Assembly: GCA_963663185.1 (NCBI GenBank)
Contig: OY760135.1
Location: 463,684-527,683, forward strand
Source: Dehalococcoidia bacterium
Lineage (GTDB): Bacteria > Chloroflexota > Dehalococcoidia > Bin125
Direction of reading: 5' to 3'
Length of the DNA stretch: 64,000 bases
A model generated the notes under the pieces. The model made no database searches. It saw only the letters and a list, made by a program, of their open reading frames with translations, and was not told the DNA's origin. The position numbers were made by a program, and so were the translations under genes. Below, piece by piece: positions 28,607-38,751 of this stretch (the stretch's first letter is position 1; every line of letters begins with the position of its first letter).

Positions 28607-31600
28607 CTAGCGAGCGTCGAGCCGGCCTCGCGCCCAGCCCTTGGCAATAGAACCTCCGACCGGGTCAGAGAGCTGGATGTAGATCATGTCGTTGTGGTTG
28701 AACTGAGCGTTCAGGCCGATATGCACGTTGATCATGGTTTCGGTCTCCCCCGCGGCGAACGTGAGCGTGCCGCTGGTCCGTCCATGGTCGTCCTGGAAGT
28801 CAAGTCCAGGGAAGAGGAGCGGGGAGAAGCGTCCCATCGTGTATTCCACACTGACCTCGCTCGTAGCGGGGGCATCCAGGGTGACCGGGAACACGAGGGT
28901 TTCTCCGGGGCGCGCTTTGCTCATGGGATTCATGATCGACACTTGCGGGCCTGGCGCCATGTCATCGTCCGTGATGATGAAGGTGCCTGAAGACGGAGCG
29001 CCAATCAGGTAACTGTTGTCCTGTTTGACGCTGACGGTCACTGACCCGTCATCTTCATGGACGGTGTCGTCGACGAGCGGGATGCTGAAGTTAACACTGC
29101 TTGACGCCCCTTTGCCGCCCGGGACGGTCACTGACATGGCGCCTGTCTGGACGCCGAAGTCACCCTTGGCGGCGACATCCAGGTAGACCGTCAGGTCCTG
29201 GTACGGCAACGGGTTCGCCGAGACCGAGAATGTCGCCTCGCCGCCTTCGTAGAGCGCTACGCCGCGTTGGCCTCTCTTATCGATCACCACCTTTGGCGTG
29301 TCGTTGTCAAGGATGGTGAGACTGGCCTGGGAGGGGTCTCCCAACGTGTAGTGTTGGTGAGCCACGAGTCTGACCTTCAGGGTGGAGGAGGCTTCGTTAA
29401 AGCGGTCGTCCCTGGTGGAGACGGTGAGAGTAGCAGTCGCGCCGCTAATCCAGACTCCGGCTGGATTGCCCGTCTTCATCTTTCCTTCCACCTCTGCGGC
29501 GACGATGACGAACATCCGCACTGACGACGGCGGGTCCTGCGTGATCGTGAATGTGGCCTGCTGACCCTCGGTAACGTCATTGCCAGCGCTGATCGTCAGC
29601 ACTGAATTTTCCGGTGGCGTCACTTCGTCGTCGGCCACGTTGACGCGGGCCGTGGACGGACTCCCCACGTGGTAATCGCTGCCCGGCTGGACCGTCGCGC
29701 TGACGGAGCCGTCCGGCTCGTCGAGGCTGTCATTGGTCGTGGGCAGGCTGAGCGTCGCGGAGCCGCTGGTGGGGACGCTGACGGTTCGAGCGCCCGTGGT
29801 GACGCCGAACTCGCCCACGGTCACGACCTTCAGGCTCACATCCATCGGTTGCGCAGGCGCCGGGCTAGCGGAGATGGTGAAGCTGGCAGCGCCGCCCTCG
29901 GTGATGTCACCGTCGGCGCTGATGCTGACTGAGGAGCCGTCGTCGTCGGCCACGCTAACGCTGGCCGAGGACAGGCTCCCGACGCGGTAACCGCTGCCCG
30001 ACTGCACCGTCGCGCTGACGGAGCCGTTCGACTCCTGGACGCTGTCATTGGTCGTGGGCAGGCTGAGCGTCGCGGAGCCGCTGGTGGGGACGCTGACGGT
30101 TCGAGCGCCCGTGGTGACGCCAAAGTCGCCCGCTGCCGCGACGTTCAGGTCTACCGACAAGGGCTGGTGCGGCGTCGGGCTGGCGGAGATGGTGAAGCTG
30201 GCAGCGCCGCCCTCGGTGATGTCACCGTCGGCGATGATGCTGATCTCGGGCACGTCGTCGTCAAGCACGGGGAGCGTAGCGGCATCAGGCGTGCCGACTG
30301 TGTAGCCGTTGCCCGTCTGGACTGTCGCGGTCACTGTGCCATCCGCCTCGTCAACGCTGTCGTCTATCGTGGGCAGCCGGAACAGCAGGCTGCCGTTGCC
30401 TGAGCTCGGAATGGTGACGCTGCGGGCGCCAGTCTGCACGCCGAAATCGCCCGTGGCCGTAATGTCCAGGTTGACGGTGATGGCCTGCTGCGGCATTGAA
30501 CTGGTGCTGAGGACGAAGATCGCTGATTCGCCTTCGCTCGGTCTACTCTCCTGGTCCCGACGGGTGATGCTGACTTCCGGGACATCGTTGTCCGCCACGC
30601 TGATGCTGGCCGACGACGGATCGCCAACGTCGTAGCCGCTGCCCGGCTCGACGGTCGCGGAGACGGAGCCGTCGTTCTCGTCCTGACTGTCGTCAACGGT
30701 GGTGATGGTGTAGCTGGCGGTCGTGCCGCTGAGCTCCACGGTCTCTGCGCCTGAGGCACCGAAGTCCCCGTCCTGCGACGACGTGATCGTGATGGTGAGC
30801 GGACTGGTGGGGGCCTGCGTCGCGTGGATGGTAAAGACGCCCGCGCCGCCTTCGCTGATGTCATTGCCGCTGATGATGGTGATCACCGGGTTCCCGATCT
30901 GGCCGGGAGCGTCGTTATCCCACACCTGGGCCATGCCTGAGGACGGCTGACCGACGGTGTAGTCAGCGCCCGGCAGGACCGTCGCGGTGATGTAACCGTG
31001 CGGCTCGTCCCAGCCGTCGTCAGTGGTGCTGACGGCGTAGTGGGTCGTCGCCTCGCTGACCGTCACGGTAGCCGCGCCGGTGGCGCCGAACGTGCCGGTC
31101 TGCGAGACGGCCACGTTGACGGTGAGCGTGCTGGTCGGCACTGGCGCCGCTGTGATCACGAAGTTGGAGGTACCGCCCTCGGTGACTGAGCCGCCGTTCG
31201 CGATCGTAATCACCGGCAGGGAGCTGGGGTCCGAGACGATGACGAAGTCGTAGTCAGCTGCTGAGGACAAGGTGTAGCCGGCGCTGGAACTCGGCGTATC
31301 CAGCACGGCCCCGATCACGGCGCGAGGTTCCTCAACGGCATCCGCATCCGTGCCGACGGTCAGTACGGCCGTCGTTTCGCCGCCCAGGATGGTGACTGTT
31401 CTCGATCCAGCCTGGCCGAATGCCACGACGCCGCTGTTGAACGGCCAGTCGTTCACGGTCACGGCGATCGTCAGGTCGGCAGATGGGGCCTCGGACGCGG
31501 TGACCGTGAAGCTCGCGTCGTCTCCCTCCGTCACGTCGCCCTGGGCAGTGATGCTGACTTCAGGCAGCGACTGCGCGGAGGCTAGCTCCCCCCCCCCTCA

Positions 31601-31689
31601 TTCCACAGAAACAACAGGGGCACGGCGAACGCCAACAACACGAAGAGCCGGCCTGGACCCTTCGCCTTCAACAGTTCGAGTTTCATCAT
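28607..31689 (-). CDS. Giant Calx-beta-like repeat adhesin, currently out of frame at a G10/C10 homopolymer separating signal peptide from mature protein (putative phase-variable; OFF as sequenced)
   Basis: SD AGGAGGGTC then ATGATG at 31689-31684 encodes MMKLELLKAKGPGRLFVLLAFAVPLLFLWNEGGGS-stop through the C10 tract 31588-31597. The long body ORF (28607..31534, reported as MTEGDDASFTVTAS...) is in the +1 frame; one extra G would fuse them as ...WNEGGGELASAQSLPEVSITAQGDVTEGDDASFTVTAS. The body has about 9 Calx-beta-like modules. Confidence 0.6.
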
Positions 31690-32006
31690 GACCCTCCTGT
31701 GCGCCGCCGTCAAAGCGGCGACCACAATGCATGTTCTACGGCGGAAAGCCGCTCTCAATGTGAGCTATTGTACTAGATTTAGGAAGCGATGTGTAGAGTC
31801 AGCGTCGCGGTCACTGATTCATCCACAATCCGGCGGCGGAATTCGTTGAGGATGGCTGAGTCGCGTGGGTCGAATGGGTCGAGCGGGTCGAGTGGACGAA
31901 TGGCGGTCGATGCCGACGTCAGTCAGGCAGTCATCGGAGTCAGCGGCCGGCGCCAGCCGCCGTCACGCCGTCAATTGCCGGGCATCAATGGCGGATCACC
32001 GAGCGC

Positions 32007-32864
32007 TCAGCGGCCCTTGAACTCTGGGGCGCGGCGCTCCTGGAGGGCGGAGCGCGCCTCTGCGGCATCTTCCGAGGTAGCGAGGATTGGGGAGGCGTTC
32101 GAGGTCAGCACGGCCGTTGTTTCGAGGGTGCTGTCCATGGCCGCGCGGATCACGCGCTTGTTGATCCAGCTGACCATCGGCGGATTGCGCATGATCCGGT
32201 CGCACAAGGCGCGCACTTCGGCCTCCAGATCATCGGACGGCACGAGTCGGTTGAGGACGCCCCACTGCGCGGCGGTCTCGCCGTCCAGGTGGCCGGTGAA
32301 GGAGAATTCGAGCGCGCGGCCGAGCCCGGCCAGCCTCGTCAGGTAGTAGGCGCCGCCGTTCTCGATGATCTGTCCCACCTGCTGGTACGCGATGAATCGC
32401 GTCTGCTCGCTGCCGTAGCGGATGTCGCATTGCAGCGCCATATCCATGCCGAATCCGGCGGCGACGCCATTGACCATCGCGATCGTCGGCTTGCGGATGT
32501 ATGAGATGTCCTTCATCAGCTTGGTAATGCCGTAGTAGAAGCGCTGCCGCGTCTCGTCCAAGCCGCCGCTCGCGTATGGGGCGTTGCCCAGCGCGTTGTC
32601 GTTCGGCTCGAAGGCGTCAAGATCGGCGCCGCGCACATTCACTCCGGCGCAGAATCCGCGCCCGACACCGGTCAGCACGATCACCTTGACGTCTGGATCA
32701 TCGTCGCCGGCGCGCATGTACTCGCCGACCTTGGCCAGCGTGCTCATCCGCTCGCTGCCGCCGACCGCAGCGTTCAGCTTTTCAGGTCGGTTGAACTTGA
32801 TCCACAGAATCCCGTTGTCCTCCTTCTCGTACAGCAGATACGGGACGAGCTCCAGCTGCTCCAC
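32007..32864 (-). CDS. Enoyl-CoA hydratase/isomerase (crotonase) family protein
   Basis: KFNRPEKLNA ... VIVLTGVGRGFCAGVNV crotonase-fold signature; 285 aa. Confidence 0.8.
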   Translation of the reverse strand: MEQLELVPYLLYEKEDNGILWIKFNRPEKLNAAVGGSERMSTLAKVGEYMRAGDDDPDVKVIVLTGVGRGFCAGVNVRGADLDAFEPNDNALGNAPYASGGLDETRQRFYYGITKLMKDISYIRKPTIAMVNGVAAGFGMDMALQCDIRYGSEQTRFIAYQQVGQIIENGGAYYLTRLAGLGRALEFSFTGHLDGETAAQWGVLNRLVPSDDLEAEVRALCDRIMRNPPMVSWINKRVIRAAMDSTLETTAVLTSNASPILATSEDAAEARSALQERRAPEFKGR

Positions 32865-32999
32865 GTGAACCTCCTTCTGACGCTGCGGTTGATCGGACTC
32901 GCCACGAGGCTAACGTCCTGCCAACCGCAAGCCGGTCACTCGCTATCGCGCGGGCGACGCATCGGTCGTGGGATCGGCGCCGCGCGTGAGATGTGATGG

Positions 33000-33776
33000 C
33001 TAGCCGCGACCGTAGAGCGGCATCCTGGTTGCCATCACCGTGATGAATGGGACGTTGGCGTCGAGCGGCAAACCCGCCATGTAGACGACCGCGTCGGCGA
33101 CATGCTCGACATCGAACGTCGGCTCGATCATCCGCTCGCCGTTGGCTTGGGGCACGCCGCGTTCCATCGCCGCGGTCATCTCGGTGGCTGCGTTGCCAAT
33201 GTCGATCTGTCCGCAAGCGATGTCATACTTGCGACCGTCGAGCGCCGTCGACTTGGTCAGCCCGGTCAACGCATGCTTCGTTGCGGTGTAGGGGGCGGAG
33301 TTGGGACGCGGACGGTCCGCGGAAATGGAGCCGTTGTTGATGATCCGACCGCCGCGCGGATCCTGTTGCTTCATAATCCTGAATGCCTCTTGCGTGCAAA
33401 GGAATGATCCGGTCAGATTGAGGTCAACGACGCGCTGCCATTGCTCCAGCGACAGGTCTTCCAGGGGCAGCGGCGGCGAGCCTCCGCCGGCGTTGTTGAA
33501 GAGCAGGTCCAGCCGCCCGTACGTCTCTCGCAGTTGGACGAACAGCGCCGAGACGGAGTCGGCATCGGTCACATCGCTGACCACGGCCAGGCTGCGTTGG
33601 GCATCGTCGCCAGCGAGCTGCTGCGTCTCCTGTAGACGCGCAATGCGCCTGCCGGCCAGCACGACCGACCAGCCGTCGCGCAGCAGCGCCAGGGCCGACG
33701 CGCGCCCGACACCGGATCCGGCGCCGGTGATCACTGCTACTCGTGACGCGGTAGCGGACGTAGCTGTGTCTGTCAT
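33000..33776 (-). CDS. Short-chain dehydrogenase/reductase (SDR) family oxidoreductase
   Basis: N-terminal [16 protein letters not shown] Rossmann motif, NNAG, and catalytic YxxxK (YTATK). Confidence 0.85.
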   Translation of the reverse strand: MTDTATSATASRVAVITGAGSGVGRASALALLRDGWSVVLAGRRIARLQETQQLAGDDAQRSLAVVSDVTDADSVSALFVQLRETYGRLDLLFNNAGGGSPPLPLEDLSLEQWQRVVDLNLTGSFLCTQEAFRIMKQQDPRGGRIINNGSISADRPRPNSAPYTATKHALTGLTKSTALDGRKYDIACGQIDIGNAATEMTAAMERGVPQANGERMIEPTFDVEHVADAVVYMAGLPLDANVPFITVMATRMPLYGRG

Positions 33777-33777
33777 G

Positions 33778-34557
33778 TCAGCAGGTCTCCAGAATCACTG
33801 ATGCGGTATCGCGAATGCCGTACGGTTGCGCCCATTGCAGGCCAGCCAATGTGTCAGCTCGCGGGCGGTACTCGCAGCCGACCCAACCGTTGAAACCCAG
33901 CTCGTCGATCAACGACAAGAGGAATGGATAGTTGATCTCCTGCTCAGCGTCCGGTTCATGGCGGCCGGGCACGCCGCTGATCTGGAAGTGTCCGATCATC
34001 TCGAAGTGACGCTGAATGGTCTCGGTCAGGCGGCCTTCCATGATCTGCATGTGATAGAGGTCGTACTGCATGCGGACATTGTCGCGCTCGACCTGCTTGA
34101 TGATCCGCCGCGCCTGCGCGCTGCCGGTGAGGAAGTATCCAGGGTTGTCGCCGGTGTTGAGCGGCTCCAGCAACAGGCGAGCGCCCTGCGCCGACGCTCG
34201 GTCGGCTGCCCAGCGCAGATTGGCGATGAACGTCGATTCCGCATCGGGATCGTCGGTGCGCCCCGCCAGGCAGTGGATCTGTTCGCAGTCGAGCGCGGCT
34301 GCGTATTCCAGCGCGGTCGTCATGCCGTTGCGGAAGGCGCGTTCCTCGCCCGGCACGGCCGCGAGCGCGACCGGCGTATTGATCAGCACCGCGCGCAGCG
34401 CCGCAGCGTCGATCGCCGTGGCCAGAGCGGCCGCCGGCTCCGAGTAGGGCGCCTGTATCTCGACCGCTCGGAACCCCAGCTGCGCCGCGAGCGAGAATCG
34501 ACGCAGCAACGGCAGTTCCTGAAACATCCAAGAGACGCTCGCGGCGAGGGCTGGCAT
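33778..34557 (-). CDS. hyi: Hydroxypyruvate isomerase-like sugar phosphate isomerase/epimerase (xylose-isomerase-like TIM barrel)
   Basis: [38 protein letters not shown] resembles the Hyi N-terminus (MLFxElPfleRf..Aa.aGF.aVE); 259 aa. Confidence 0.65.
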   Translation of the reverse strand: MPALAASVSWMFQELPLLRRFSLAAQLGFRAVEIQAPYSEPAAALATAIDAAALRAVLINTPVALAAVPGEERAFRNGMTTALEYAAALDCEQIHCLAGRTDDPDAESTFIANLRWAADRASAQGARLLLEPLNTGDNPGYFLTGSAQARRIIKQVERDNVRMQYDLYHMQIMEGRLTETIQRHFEMIGHFQISGVPGRHEPDAEQEINYPFLLSLIDELGFNGWVGCEYRPRADTLAGLQWAQPYGIRDTASVILETC

Positions 34558-34654
34558 GAGCGCATGCTAGATGCAGGGCGCGTGGCGGTAGAGCGCAGGG
34601 TAGGCAAGAGCCAGGGGCTCGTTCGGTAGGCTGAACGTCAACTCGCGGCCGACC

Positions 34655-35815
34655 TTGCGGCCGCCTGAGAGGACCGGTCCGATCTTGAAGTCACGACAGA
34701 TTCATTCCACGGTTACCAGCGACGGGCAACTCACACTCTCGCTCGCCGAGCTCGATCTGCCGAGTCCCGGACCTGACGAGGTCGTCGTCCGCGTCGAAGC
34801 GGCGCCGATCAACCCGTCCGATCTCGGGCTGCTGATCGGGCCTGCCGATGTGAGCCAGGCTCAGGTGTCCGGCACGGCAGCTGATCCACAGGTCACGGCG
34901 CCGATTCCAGCGAAGCTGGTGGCATCGCAGGCCGCGCGATTCGATCTGCCGATGGCGGCGGGCAACGAAGGCGCGGGCGTCGTCGTTGAGGCTGGTTCCA
35001 GCGACGCGGCTCAGGCGCTGCTGGGCAAGACGGTGGCGGCGATCGCGCGCGAGATGTACTCGCAATACCGCGTGATGCACGTGTCGCAGTGCCTACTGCT
35101 GCACGATGGCACGACGCCCGCGGAAGGCGCGTCCTGCTTCGTCAATCCGCTGACTGTGCTCGGCATGGTCGAGACGATGCGACTGGAGGGTCACACGGCC
35201 CTCGTCCATACCGCGGCTGCCTCCAACCTGGGACAGATGCTGCAAAAGGTCTGCAACGACGAAGCGATCGATCTGGTCAACGTCGTGCGCCGACCTGAGC
35301 ACGTCGAGCTGCTGCAGGGGCTTGGCGCGCGCTATGTCTGCGACACGAGCGCGCCGACGTTCCAGGACGACTTGACAGCGGCGCTGATCGAGACTGGCGC
35401 GACGCTGGCGTTTGACGCGACCGGCGGCGGTCCGCTGCCCAATCAGCTGCTCTCCTGCATGGAAGCGGCAGCGAACGCCAAACAGCCCGGCTTCAACCGC
35501 TACGGTTCCAATATCTACAAGCAGGTCTACATCTACGGCGGCCTTGATACGTCGCCGACGGTGTTGCAGCGCAACTTCGGCTTGGCCTGGGGACTCGGCG
35601 GCTGGCTGTTGACGCCGTTCCTGGAGCGAATCGGTCCTGAGCCAAGCGAGCGACTCCGCCAACGCGTCGCCGACGAGGTGACGACGACCTTTGCGAGCCA
35701 GTACGCGAGGGAGATCTCGCTGGCGGAAGCGCTCGATCCGCAACACATCGCGGTCTACAACCGTCGCGCCACCGGTGAGAAGTACCTCATCAATCCGAAC
35801 AAGGACCTTGGCTGA
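34655..35815 (+). CDS. Medium-chain dehydrogenase/reductase (zinc-type ADH / quinone oxidoreductase-like); start probably downstream of 34655
   Basis: DEVVVRVEAAPINPSD ... AAGNEGAGVVVEAG typical of the MDR superfamily. The N-terminal about 20 aa of the ORF are probably not translated. Confidence 0.65.
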   Translation: MRPPERTGPILKSRQIHSTVTSDGQLTLSLAELDLPSPGPDEVVVRVEAAPINPSDLGLLIGPADVSQAQVSGTAADPQVTAPIPAKLVASQAARFDLPMAAGNEGAGVVVEAGSSDAAQALLGKTVAAIAREMYSQYRVMHVSQCLLLHDGTTPAEGASCFVNPLTVLGMVETMRLEGHTALVHTAAASNLGQMLQKVCNDEAIDLVNVVRRPEHVELLQGLGARYVCDTSAPTFQDDLTAALIETGATLAFDATGGGPLPNQLLSCMEAAANAKQPGFNRYGSNIYKQVYIYGGLDTSPTVLQRNFGLAWGLGGWLLTPFLERIGPEPSERLRQRVADEVTTTFASQYAREISLAEALDPQHIAVYNRRATGEKYLINPNKDLG

Positions 35816-35850
35816 GGCCAATCACGCGAAGACGAGGATCGGCGCCGGTT

Positions 35851-36789
35851 TCAGCCCACCTCTGGGAGGCCTTCCGAGCGTCGGACTTCGTTGATCGTCT
35901 CCAGGACTCGCTGCTGGAATGGCGCGTACTCAAGCTCAAACTCCTCGATCAGGCGCGAGTTGTCCATCAGGAAGAGTCCGGAGCCGTCGCGGCCGCCGCT
36001 ATCCGCATCGAAACTGATCTCGGCGTCGGGCAGGAATTCGCGCACGCGATCGGCGAGCTCGCCGAGGCTGGTGGCGTGACCACCAGAGTTGTAGATCGAG
36101 TGGGCGGTTTGCTCAGCCAGGGTGACGCGCACGAAGACCTCGGCGATGTCCTCAACGTGGAGCGGGAGCGTCATCGTGTCGCGGTGCGGGAAGCGAACGG
36201 GCTGATCGCGCGCGGGCAGCACCTGACACTGGACGTGGTTCATCGATCCGCGCAGCTTGTCCGGACCCGTGATGTTGGCCGGCCTGATCCCGGTGATCGA
36301 CATGCCATAGGCGCGGTTGTACCAGTCAGCCTGATGCTCGTTGAAGATCTTTGACGCCGCATAGATGCCGCTGCCGAGCCGAAGGTCATCCTCAGTCACC
36401 GCGCGATCGCCGTGCAATCGTTGCGGACCGTAGACGGCGAGCGAGCTCGCGTAGACCACGCGTCGAATGTCGAGGATGCGCGCCGCTTCGAAGCAGTTGT
36501 CCATGCCGAGAATGTTGAGCCGCACCTGCGGATGCGGATCGCGCTCCGAGGCGCCCAATGCGTATGCCAGATTGAGCACCCGGTCGGGATTGCTTTGGGC
36601 GAGCGCTTCTATCACGTCGTCCATCAGCGTGATGTCGCCGTGTGAGATCGTGATCTGATCACGCAAGGGATCGAGCGCCGGCGCGTTGGGCGCGATGTCC
36701 ATGCAATGGACCTCGTGTCCATGCTCGACGAGCCGACGCATCACGCGCGGCCCGATAAATCCGCTGCCGCCCAAGACTGCCACACGCAT
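35851..36789 (-). CDS. NAD-dependent epimerase/dehydratase family protein
   Basis: MRVAVLGGSGFIGPRVMRRLVEHGHEVHCMD Rossmann start; YASSLAVYG and YAASK (YxxxK). Start set at ATG 36789 rather than the ORF-track 36834. Confidence 0.8.
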   Translation of the reverse strand: MRVAVLGGSGFIGPRVMRRLVEHGHEVHCMDIAPNAPALDPLRDQITISHGDITLMDDVIEALAQSNPDRVLNLAYALGASERDPHPQVRLNILGMDNCFEAARILDIRRVVYASSLAVYGPQRLHGDRAVTEDDLRLGSGIYAASKIFNEHQADWYNRAYGMSITGIRPANITGPDKLRGSMNHVQCQVLPARDQPVRFPHRDTMTLPLHVEDIAEVFVRVTLAEQTAHSIYNSGGHATSLGELADRVREFLPDAEISFDADSGGRDGSGLFLMDNSRLIEEFELEYAPFQQRVLETINEVRRSEGLPEVG

Positions 36790-36868
36790 CATTCGCTCCG
36801 CTTCTGTATCGCCGCAACACTGGCGACGAACCACACCGGTGATCGGGTGATCTGGCGCCGATCTCTGG

Positions 36869-37807
36869 CTAGGCGAACTGATCCTGTCCGACGGCCATCA
36901 TCTCCGCGACATGTTCAGGGTTGCGGATCGCCTCACGCGAGGGGTAAGGATGATCGTAGCCGAGGATCTTGTGCAGTTCGGGATAGCGCTCGAGTCGCTC
37001 GGGCGAGACGGCGCCGTCGTCCCACTGGTTGATCATCTTCATGTAGGGACGCATCCAGACGAGGACGAGGGTGACGCGCAGGCCGGTGCTCATCCGATTC
37101 ATGGCGCCGTGCCAGGTATTGCCGCCCCACACGGCGAGCGATCCAGCTTTGGCCTGAATGGGAACCGGGTCGAGCAGCGCGCCCTCTTCCCAGAATTTGA
37201 CCTCGTGCGGAGCCGGCGCACGTCCCCAACGATGAGAACCGGGCACGAAGACGGTTGGACCGTCCTCACGCTCCTCGTAGTCGGTCAGGATCCAGCTCGT
37301 GTTGACGAGGTGGGTGTAGGCGGCCTGCGGCGGCGGGACGCCGTGCGTGTCGTTGTGAATGCCGAGGTAGTTCTTCTCGTGCGGCGGTTTGATGATCGAG
37401 GAGGTTCCGCCCAGCACGGCGCTTTGACCGCAATGCCAGCGAGCCATGGTCAGAGCGACCGGATTGAGCACTGCCTCGGTGATCGCATCGTCCTCATCGA
37501 CGAGCTGCCAGGCGCGCTCGTTGGGAGCGGGCAGGTCGGCCGTGCGCCAGTCGTCGATCTCGACTTCATGCCGCTTCTGATAGGTGTTGAGCAGGGCGTC
37601 GCGCAGACGATCGGCGAATCCGGGCGAGGTCCCCATCTTCTCGGGCGGGATCACGGTGAAGCCGTACGCGTCGAGTTCGACGATGTGTCGGGTCAGATCA
37701 TATTCCATGATCGTGTTGACCAATGCGTCAGCGTTAGGCGATTTGCCGAGTGCCGCGATATCCATATCAGCTCCTGACCAGGTGCGGCGAGCCAGCTCCG
37801 CCGCCAC
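36869..37807 (-). CDS. Phytanoyl-CoA dioxygenase (PhyH)-family Fe(II)/2-oxoglutarate oxygenase
   Basis: HxD motif in LGIHNDTHG, later WHGAMNR; overall PhyH-like length (312 aa). Confidence 0.6.
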   Translation of the reverse strand: MAAELARRTWSGADMDIAALGKSPNADALVNTIMEYDLTRHIVELDAYGFTVIPPEKMGTSPGFADRLRDALLNTYQKRHEVEIDDWRTADLPAPNERAWQLVDEDDAITEAVLNPVALTMARWHCGQSAVLGGTSSIIKPPHEKNYLGIHNDTHGVPPPQAAYTHLVNTSWILTDYEEREDGPTVFVPGSHRWGRAPAPHEVKFWEEGALLDPVPIQAKAGSLAVWGGNTWHGAMNRMSTGLRVTLVLVWMRPYMKMINQWDDGAVSPERLERYPELHKILGYDHPYPSREAIRNPEHVAEMMAVGQDQFA

Positions 37808-37848
37808 GAACGCTTGCAGTCTAGGTGCTGGATGTTAGGTGTTAGGTG

Positions 37849-38751
37849 TTAGGTGCAATCGGTGTACCGACCGCTGAAGGCGAGCCACTGGCCATCGGGT
37901 GAGAAGGCGGCGATGTGATCGTTGCTCCAGCAGAAATCCGGCGAGGCCCGGAAGCGCTGTAGGACTTGAGCCGTCTCGGCGTCGATCAGGCGATACTCCA
38001 GGTACGAATGGCCGGCTGGACCCGCGTAGGACCGGCGCGGCGGATACGTGGCGATCCCGTCAGCATCTGTCAGACCTGCGTCGCGCGCACTCCGAGTCAG
38101 CAGGAGCTGACCGTCGGGCGACCAGTCCACGAGCGCATCGCGCCCATGTCCGTCTTCGCGCATCGGCAAGGGGAATGCGCGAACGTCGGCCTGTGAGTTG
38201 GACTGCGAGTCGGCATGCAAATGGTCGACGATGTAGCCCTGTCCGCCATAGGGCAACAGCGCCAGACGAGAGCCGTCGTCCGACCAGCTGACGCTGAGCC
38301 CACGCCACTCGCGGCCAACGTTGAGAGTCGGCAGCTGCGTGACTTCGTGTTGCAGCGCGTCGTATGAGGCTAGGGAGAGGATGCCTTCCGCGTCGTTGAA
38401 GCGGTGAAAGAGCGCGAAGCGCAGATGCTGACTGGCCAACTTCCAATCGCCGCCGTTGAGCGGCGCGGGTAGTTGCGCGATCTCGCCAGAGTGCAGGTCG
38501 ACTCGCTTCCAACCGAGCGGACGGCCGGCGTAGCTGAGCGCCAACATCTCGCTCGGGAATCTCCTGAGTGATGTCGGCGCCGTCAGCTCTCGCAGCAGGG
38601 TTCCGTCCGCTGCGTAGACGAGGTAGCGATCGTCCTGACCGATCAACACGGTGTCATCGCTGAGCCATGAGGAAGATTGGTGAAACGACAGCGGTACCAG
38701 CTCAGAGCGCGAGCCATCCACGCCGAGGAGAAAGACACCCCATGACTGCAA
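37849..38751 (-). pseudogene. C-terminal fragment of a TolB-like (PD40 beta-propeller repeat) protein, separated from its 5' part by an IS110 insertion
   Basis: PD40-type repeats YAADGTLL, WSDDGSRLALL, VDWSPDGQLLLT, FSPDGQWLAF. No signal peptide. Immediately adjacent to the IS110 transposase. Confidence 0.55.

Noticed and set aside
31789-32346. 185-aa plus-strand ORF
   Set aside because: It overlaps antisense to the well-supported crotonase gene 32007..32864; no motifs.
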